NCBI GenBank assembly: GCA_032128375.1
Contig: JAQBGU010000063.1
Coordinates: forward strand, 23,382-87,381
Direction: 5' to 3'
Length of the DNA stretch: 64,000 nt
From: Deltaproteobacteria bacterium
GTDB taxonomy: Bacteria > Myxococcota_A > UBA9160 > SMWR01
Notes under the pieces: model-generated
The model's database searches: none
What the model was told of the DNA's origin: nothing
What the model saw: the letters and a program-made list of their open reading frames with translations, nothing else
Translations under genes and position numbers: made by a program
Part shown: one piece after another, positions 58,472 through 64,000 of the stretch
How the letters are laid out: each line of letters opens with the position of its first letter
Position numbering within the stretch: position 1 is the stretch's first letter

Positions 58472-58942
58472 CTAGTTCGCTTCCACGCGACCGCTGACGG
58501 TTTCGATCCGGGCCAGCGATCCCCCCGGCGCCTCCCCTTTGACGTGGACACGCCAGTATCGCATCGTGAAGGTCGGCGACCCGTTCTGGCCAATCGTCAT
58601 GTTCATGCCCGGATACGCCCCGACCCCCAGGTTCTGGGTTGCAGCCCCCGCACTCGTATCGAGTCCATAGGTGGGCTGGCCCTTGGGGTAAATCGAAGTG
58701 TCTCCGAGATTGTCGTCCGGGAAACTGGGATCGGCATTGGCCCGCAGCGCGTTGTACGATTCGGTGACACCCGCCTCGGCTGCGAAGAACGCCGTCTTCT
58801 GCCGCTTCTGGAAACCCGCGACAGATTGGTCGCGCATCACCGCTTCCAGTGCCGCAAATCCGACGATTGCCATCAGCGCCATGATGAACATCGTGATCAG
58901 AAGCGCCGAGCCGTGCTCCAGGCGTTTGCGTCGATCGGTCAT
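58472..58942 (-). CDS. pilX: Type IV minor pilin PilX-like
   Basis: GSALLITM prepilin-like N-terminus lacking E5, AFFAAEAG. Confidence 0.85.
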   Translation of the reverse strand: MTDRRKRLEHGSALLITMFIMALMAIVGFAALEAVMRDQSVAGFQKRQKTAFFAAEAGVTESYNALRANADPSFPDDNLGDTSIYPKGQPTYGLDTSAGAATQNLGVGAYPGMNMTIGQNGSPTFTMRYWRVHVKGEAPGGSLARIETVSGRVEAN

Positions 58943-59922
58943 AGACCCTCGATCCTCGAACCGACGTTTCGCAATCGGATCGTGTTGCTGTGAACACGGC
59001 GCCGGAAACCGTCCTGTCCTGCCACGGCGTTGCGGTTTTCCGTCGCCTGGAAGAAGCCGCGGAAATTGGGATCTTCGAGCCGGGTGCGAGCGACCAGGCT
59101 CAACTGCACACCGCGCAGATCCGCCGCGTCATTTGCGGCGGCGAGATAGTCATTGCCGACTCCATCGCCGAGGATTTCGCCGGCGTCGACCAGGTTGTCG
59201 CCGTTGACGTCGAAATACAGTGAGGCCTGCATGTCTTCGATTTCGTTGGAAAGCAGCAGGCCGTTGCGAAACAACTGGGTCCCAACGATTCGATACTCGA
59301 TGGCCGGCAACACGATCAACTGGATCGTGCCACCCGCCAGCCCCAGCGGCGCGGTCCGGACATTGATCGTGACCGTCTTGGCCCCGATGTTGACTCCTGT
59401 GACAGTGCCACACGCAGAACCACGACCCGGTGATTCGAAGTCTACGATGATCGCGCCGCCCCCGACCTGGAAATCGCTGTCATTGGTGCCGTTCCCATCG
59501 GTATCGTACGAGGCGCCCGCCACAGTGGATTCCAGAAAGATCGAATCGAGAAGGAGCGTCACAGGGCCGGTCACTACGTTCGTCACCACGCCCTGCACTT
59601 CGCTGCCATCGTACATCGTCGTCAGGTTGCCGGTCTCCGGCGCGTTGTGGTCGGTCACGTACAACGTGTCCGGACCGGCGTCGTCATCGAGTCCGCACAA
59701 CGCTGCCTCCTCGCGCAGCATGAAGCCCGCGTGTCGGATGTCGCGCTCGAGCAGGCTCGAGATCACGCGCAGGCTCTGCTGCGATCCCACCACCGCGTCG
59801 ATTCGCGAATAGGCAAAATTATTGACCGTGAATGTCTCCAGCACGAAGATCATCAGAATGGATGCCAATACACTGGCAACCATCAATTCGATCAGCGTGA
59901 ATCCAGCGCGGCGGTCGGCCAC
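58939..59922 (-). CDS. pilW: Type IV minor pilin PilW-like
   Basis: GFTLIELMV, ERDIRHAGF, IEDMQASLYFD. Confidence 0.88.
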   Translation of the reverse strand: MADRRAGFTLIELMVASVLASILMIFVLETFTVNNFAYSRIDAVVGSQQSLRVISSLLERDIRHAGFMLREEAALCGLDDDAGPDTLYVTDHNAPETGNLTTMYDGSEVQGVVTNVVTGPVTLLLDSIFLESTVAGASYDTDGNGTNDSDFQVGGGAIIVDFESPGRGSACGTVTGVNIGAKTVTINVRTAPLGLAGGTIQLIVLPAIEYRIVGTQLFRNGLLLSNEIEDMQASLYFDVNGDNLVDAGEILGDGVGNDYLAAANDAADLRGVQLSLVARTRLEDPNFRGFFQATENRNAVAGQDGFRRRVHSNTIRLRNVGSRIEGL

Positions 59923-60357
59923 CTACAGATTCTCCCGGTTGTAGCGGATGCTGGACAAAGTGATGGAGCGATTCGGGGCGTCCTCGTCGTCCCAGATAAC
60001 CCGGACGTCGATGCTGCGGGTCCAGTTCGCGACGTCGTCGGCGATCTGAAACGACGACCGGTAGGTCTCCTCGACGCTATTGGCCGGGTCACCCTGGACC
60101 GTGTTGTTCACGTTGACCGTCGCCGTCCAGCCTCCGGTAGGAGCCAGCGACGTCCAGCTCACGACGTCGAACTGTTCCAACTGGGTCTCTGCGATCGTCG
60201 CGGCCATCGATGCATGTCGGCCGCGACTTCCACCCCGCAGCGCCTGCAGCTGCATCGCCGACAGCGTGAGCAGACCGAAGGCCAGGATGGCCCCGACAAT
60301 CATCAGCTCCAACAGGGTAAACCCATGGCTATGCGTGGCGCGCACAGATCGTCTCAT
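59923..60357 (-). CDS. pilV: Type IV minor pilin PilV-like
   Basis: GFTLLELMIVGAILAFGLLTLSAMQ. ATGA overlap with the fimT-like stop. Confidence 0.88.
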   Translation of the reverse strand: MRRSVRATHSHGFTLLELMIVGAILAFGLLTLSAMQLQALRGGSRGRHASMAATIAETQLEQFDVVSWTSLAPTGGWTATVNVNNTVQGDPANSVEETYRSSFQIADDVANWTRSIDVRVIWDDEDAPNRSITLSSIRYNRENL

Positions 60358-61040
60358 TGTGTCCAACCCGTACCGTTCCATACGTGAATACCCGCGTCAC
60401 CGAGCGGGGACAGAACGACCGCGTAGTCGCGAGTCCCGTTGGTGAGGTAGATCGAAGCGCCCCCGGTACCGGTCGATCCGATCGTGCCGCACGTCGTGGC
60501 AGTCGGAGCCACCCCGACCGGCACGCCGTCCGAACGGAACAACACCCAATTGGTCGCGTTGTTGCTCGGGTCGGAGAAAGTCGAACCGCTCGCCTGCGGG
60601 GGCGCGAACGCAGCCGTACCGCTGTCGTTGGGCGAACGGACGTTCGCGCTGCTGACTCCCCAATTGACGTCGATTTCGAGTGCGAGTGTGTCGATGTCCT
60701 CGCCGGCATCGATGTGGCAGTTGGCAGTCGCTTCGGTTCCGTCATCGAGAATCAGCATCGCCACCGAGTTTCCCTCTGCGTCGCTGATGACCGTACCGGC
60801 GGGGTCGGTCGTGCCGGCGGGGCCCAAGAAGACGAGATAGTGGTTCCCCGTGCGCATCGCCTGGCTGCGCGCCATCAGGAACATGTTCCCGACGTCCCGC
60901 GCGAAGCCGCGGATCCGCGCCTGGTCCCTCATGTCACTGATGGACGGCACCGCGAGCGCCGCCAATGCGCCAATCACCGCTACCACGACCATGATCTCGA
61001 TCAGGCTGATTCCCGCACGATATGCAGCACGAACTGACAT
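60354..61040 (-). CDS. fimT: FimT/FimU/GspH-like minor pilin
   Basis: GISLIEIMVVVAVIGALAALAVPS, ARSQAMRTG, FRSDG. Confidence 0.85.
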   Translation of the reverse strand: MSVRAAYRAGISLIEIMVVVAVIGALAALAVPSISDMRDQARIRGFARDVGNMFLMARSQAMRTGNHYLVFLGPAGTTDPAGTVISDAEGNSVAMLILDDGTEATANCHIDAGEDIDTLALEIDVNWGVSSANVRSPNDSGTAAFAPPQASGSTFSDPSNNATNWVLFRSDGVPVGVAPTATTCGTIGSTGTGGASIYLTNGTRDYAVVLSPLGDAGIHVWNGTGWTQ

Positions 61041-61050
61041 CGAAATCTCG

Positions 61051-63765
61051 CTACTCCTGCTTCCAGTAGAGCGTGCCACCGCTGAGATTGATGTTGTCCT
61101 GATCGATGATCTGAATGTCCGAACCGCTCTTTTCGATCACGATCTTGTTGTCCTTGCCGTCTACGCCAACCGACACCTTCGGGTCCGTCGGCAGACCGAC
61201 GCCGAGCGTGATGCTTCGATCCGGATTGTTCGAACCATCCTCGAAGTAGCCTTCACCCGATACCAGGTCGAACGCGTACAGCGCGCCATCGCCGCGCGTC
61301 GTGCACGGGTTGGCGTTCGTTGTCGGAATGAAGGTCGCCGCGATGACGGTGCCCGCGAAAATCTCGACATTGGTCACGAACTTCTCGCCGTTGGCGACAC
61401 TGAACCAGAATCCCTGATTGCTGAAGCTGGCCGCGGCCTCGCTGCCGCTGAAATTGGTCAGATCGGCTTCGGTCAGTGTCGCGAGCGCAGGCGACGCAAC
61501 CTCGAAGGGATCGGAATCGATGACCACGTAGAAGCGGTTGTTCTCGGTGGTGGCACCGAGGTCGCCTTTGAACGGCAGGTTGCGCCTCTCGCCACTGCCG
61601 AATGCCAGATAGATCTTGCCCCGGTTGTAGGCAACCGCCGGCGCGAACATCAGATTCTTGTAGTATTTGTTTGCACCGATGGTCACGGCGGCTGCGCTGA
61701 AAAATTTCTTGAACGGCCAGTTCGGTTGCGTGCGCAGGCTACTGGCATCGTTGACCCGGTCTTCCCCGACCGCGCCGATCGCCCACTTCCAGACGTTGCC
61801 CCCCATATCGACCAGATAGATCGTGTCCGCGAAGCCATCGAAATTCAGGTCGAGTACGGCCGGCGTGGACAGCGTGGCGTGCAAGATGGGTTGCGGGTCT
61901 GCAATTGATCCGAACTTCTTCTCCCCGATGACTTTGCCCGTCTTCAGGTCGAGAATGTAGACACCGCGCGCCAGCGTCGAGGTAGCGTCGTAGGTGTTGA
62001 CCACTCCGGTGACCGCGGTTGGATTCGGATCGCTGGCGGCATCGTAGCCGGCCGTGACGATCGCGACCCAGCGCTCGACGGTCTTGGTCGAGTCGGCCGG
62101 ATCGTGGAGCCGGACTTTCGTGATGATCGGCTCGGACCAGATCTCGCCCATGAATGCGAAATCGCCCGGGACGTCGACTTCGGTCGGGAACTCCCAACCG
62201 TATCCCGGGTAGGGCAGCGCTCCGCCACCGCCCGGTTGGTTGATCGCATCGGGGTTCGTGACATCGAGCGCATAGACGTGGTGACCGCCCTCGCGCATCG
62301 CACCCACAGCGATGGTCCGCCACTCGCTGCCGCTACTGTCTTTTGTGGCGGTCGAAACGGTGGGATGGATCCACGCATCCGCGGCGCTCACGTCACCATC
62401 GACATAGTGAACGCGGCTCGTCGCGGAGTCGATCGGCAGGTTCTTGATGTTCTTTCGCGCCTCCCAAGGCATGAAACCAAACACCTCGGCGCCGGTACCC
62501 TCGTCGTACTTTCCAGGGGCGGGCGAACTCACGAAGGAGCCGGTGTCGATCGCCTCCAGGAAACCCGCATTGGTACCGGCAAACAGACGTCGACTGCGCG
62601 TCCCATAATGAGACTTGAAAGCGTTGTAGGAAGGTTCGTTGCTGGCTGCCTTCGGAGCGCCTACGACGATCGCGTTCGAGTGGAAGATGTCGCCGAGCGT
62701 CGCCGGACGTTCGGCGCAAGCCACCGGTGTCGCGACGTTCGCGGCAACGCCGGTGCCGAAGAAGCAGCCGCGCGCCGCCTCGACCACCTCGTCCGCGAGC
62801 CCTTCCTCGGTGATCGCGCTGCTGCCATTGACGGCGTAGAGCGGGCTATTGGGAGCTTGCGCGGGAGGTACCGTGAACGGGTCGAGCAGCAGGTCCGCTG
62901 CCGAAATATTCGCCGATGTGAATGCCGGCGGCAGTGAACCTGCGGTGGCACCGGCCTTGGACACATAGAGTTTGCGCGAAGCCGGGATCGGAACCTCATC
63001 CGCAGCGTCCCAGAAGAATTGGGCACTCGGCTTGAACGGACCGCTGTTGCACTCACCCGGGTCCGGGTCCTCGAGCGCGCAGACGTTGTTCTTGTCCTTG
63101 ATTTCGCCGAGCGCGTCGATCTTCCAGGCGCGGACGTGCCCCTCCCAGAACGCATTCTTGCCGCGTGGGAAGAAATAGCTCTGGTAGAAGTCGGCGCCAT
63201 CTGCCGTGCGCGCAGACGGGACCGTCGCAGCAGTGAACGAAGCGGCCTTCTCGATGATGTCGTTGAGCGCTCCGATCAGCGCGTTCGTCAGCTCGTCGCC
63301 GTCCTGGACATGGTAGAAAATGCCGTTTCCGACTTCGGCTGTCTTCCGCAGGTACGCGTCGGTCGCGGCATCGCTCGCGTAGCCGACGGTGTAGGTGTCG
63401 ATCGTCTGGTCGCCATCGATGTCCGGACGGAAGTCCTTGTCGTACATGTACATCGCGATGTCGTCGAGGTAGTAGGTCGCCTCGTCCGCGGTCATCGGGT
63501 CTTCGATTTCGTCGACGGGCGTCTCGACGTGGTAGTTGCCGATCTGGTTGGCGAAAGCCGAGTAGCCGAGCGCCGTGTCGAGCGGAGCGTTGTCTTCGAA
63601 GTTGTCTCGCGACGGCAGACCGTCTGTGACGATTACGAAGAAGGCTTTCTCGCACTCGAACTTGAACGTGTCTTCGAACCACTTGTTCGACGCGACGCGA
63701 TTCCCCTGTTTATCGAACTCGTAGATCGGAAATGGCGTGCCATCGAGGCCGAGCGGCATGTCGGC
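61051..63765 (-). CDS. pilY1: PilY1/PilC pilus tip adhesin, 5'-truncated
   Basis: Partial vWA (IVTDG, TYTVGY), WEGH, LGDIFHS, YVDG, ALDVT, DLNFDGFADTIYLVDMGGNVWK, C-terminal YWKQE. No signal peptide; the first ~68 aa of the tracked ORF are antisense to another gene. Confidence 0.88.
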   Translation of the reverse strand, partial: ADMPLGLDGTPFPIYEFDKQGNRVASNKWFEDTFKFECEKAFFVIVTDGLPSRDNFEDNAPLDTALGYSAFANQIGNYHVETPVDEIEDPMTADEATYYLDDIAMYMYDKDFRPDIDGDQTIDTYTVGYASDAATDAYLRKTAEVGNGIFYHVQDGDELTNALIGALNDIIEKAASFTAATVPSARTADGADFYQSYFFPRGKNAFWEGHVRAWKIDALGEIKDKNNVCALEDPDPGECNSGPFKPSAQFFWDAADEVPIPASRKLYVSKAGATAGSLPPAFTSANISAADLLLDPFTVPPAQAPNSPLYAVNGSSAITEEGLADEVVEAARGCFFGTGVAANVATPVACAERPATLGDIFHSNAIVVGAPKAASNEPSYNAFKSHYGTRSRRLFAGTNAGFLEAIDTGSFVSSPAPGKYDEGTGAEVFGFMPWEARKNIKNLPIDSATSRVHYVDGDVSAADAWIHPTVSTATKDSSGSEWRTIAVGAMREGGHHVYALDVTNPDAINQPGGGGALPYPGYGWEFPTEVDVPGDFAFMGEIWSEPIITKVRLHDPADSTKTVERWVAIVTAGYDAASDPNPTAVTGVVNTYDATSTLARGVYILDLKTGKVIGEKKFGSIADPQPILHATLSTPAVLDLNFDGFADTIYLVDMGGNVWKWAIGAVGEDRVNDASSLRTQPNWPFKKFFSAAAVTIGANKYYKNLMFAPAVAYNRGKIYLAFGSGERRNLPFKGDLGATTENNRFYVVIDSDPFEVASPALATLTEADLTNFSGSEAAASFSNQGFWFSVANGEKFVTNVEIFAGTVIAATFIPTTNANPCTTRGDGALYAFDLVSGEGYFEDGSNNPDRSITLGVGLPTDPKVSVGVDGKDNKIVIEKSGSDIQIIDQDNINLSGGTLYWKQE

Positions 63766-63803
63766 ACGATGTCCTCGGACGAACGTGGGCGGAAGTGGCA
63801 TGA
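63765..63803 (+). pseudogene. Possible C-terminal tail of an AbiEi-type antitoxin gene
   Basis: HDVLGRTWAEVA-stop; its TGA overlaps the ATG of the AbiEii gene (ATGA coupling). Confidence 0.4.
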
Positions 63804-64000
63804 GGCTCACCGCAAACGAGCTCGCACGGGAAGCTGCTGCGACCGGCTTCCAGACAGAGCCGCTGGAGAAGGTGATCCTTCTCCTGGAGCTGCTGGATGC
63901 CATTCGCAGCCATCCCTTTCTGAAGGAGCGAGTGGTCCTCAAGGGCGGCACCGCTCTCAACGTGTTCAAGTTCGACGTGCCGCGACTGTCCGTCGATATC
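63800..64000 (+). CDS. AbiEii/AbiGii family nucleotidyltransferase toxin (type IV TA), 3'-partial
   Basis: Not in the ORF track. Manual translation MRLTANELAREAAATGFQTEPLEKVILLLELLDAIRSHPFLKERVVLKGGTALNVFKFDVPRLSVDI shows the LEK, KGGTAL and RLSVDI motifs. Confidence 0.9.
   Translation, partial: MRLTANELAREAAATGFQTEPLEKVILLLELLDAIRSHPFLKERVVLKGGTALNVFKFDVPRLSVDI

Noticed and set aside
63766..63969. N-terminal 68 aa of the tracked 972-aa PilY1 ORF
   Set aside because: It is the antisense reading of the AbiEii gene and has no signal-peptide character.

Overview
GC-rich bacterial chromosomal window. The PEP-CTERM protein, deltaproteobacterial-style minor-pilin cluster and many lipid/steroid catabolic enzymes suggest a Myxococcota-like lineage (inference only). 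About 55 coding regions are supported; I recognised no rRNA, tRNA, CRISPR array or transposase. The main find is a co-oriented TetR / CYP51 / duplicated-domain protein unit (4874-8615). In it, an M. tuberculosis CYP51B1-like sterol 14-alpha-demethylase is fused through an Ala-rich linker to an Rv0763c-like [3Fe-4S] ferredoxin. The unit has a palindromic operator candidate, a divergent HpnG-like phosphorylase and, at the left edge, a 3-ketosteroid-dehydrogenase-like flavoprotein. Other points: a two-copy structured intergenic repeat with a compensatory base change; a TrmJ-DUF3293 fusion; several gene remnants that keep both termini but lack the middle; a hidden MltF-like pseudogene; a PsrA-like box before a TetR-RND operon; and a junction near 63765 where a 5'-truncated pilY1 meets an AbiEii toxin that has only a short tail of its putative antitoxin. 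All family calls come from motif recognition by eye; no searches were run.
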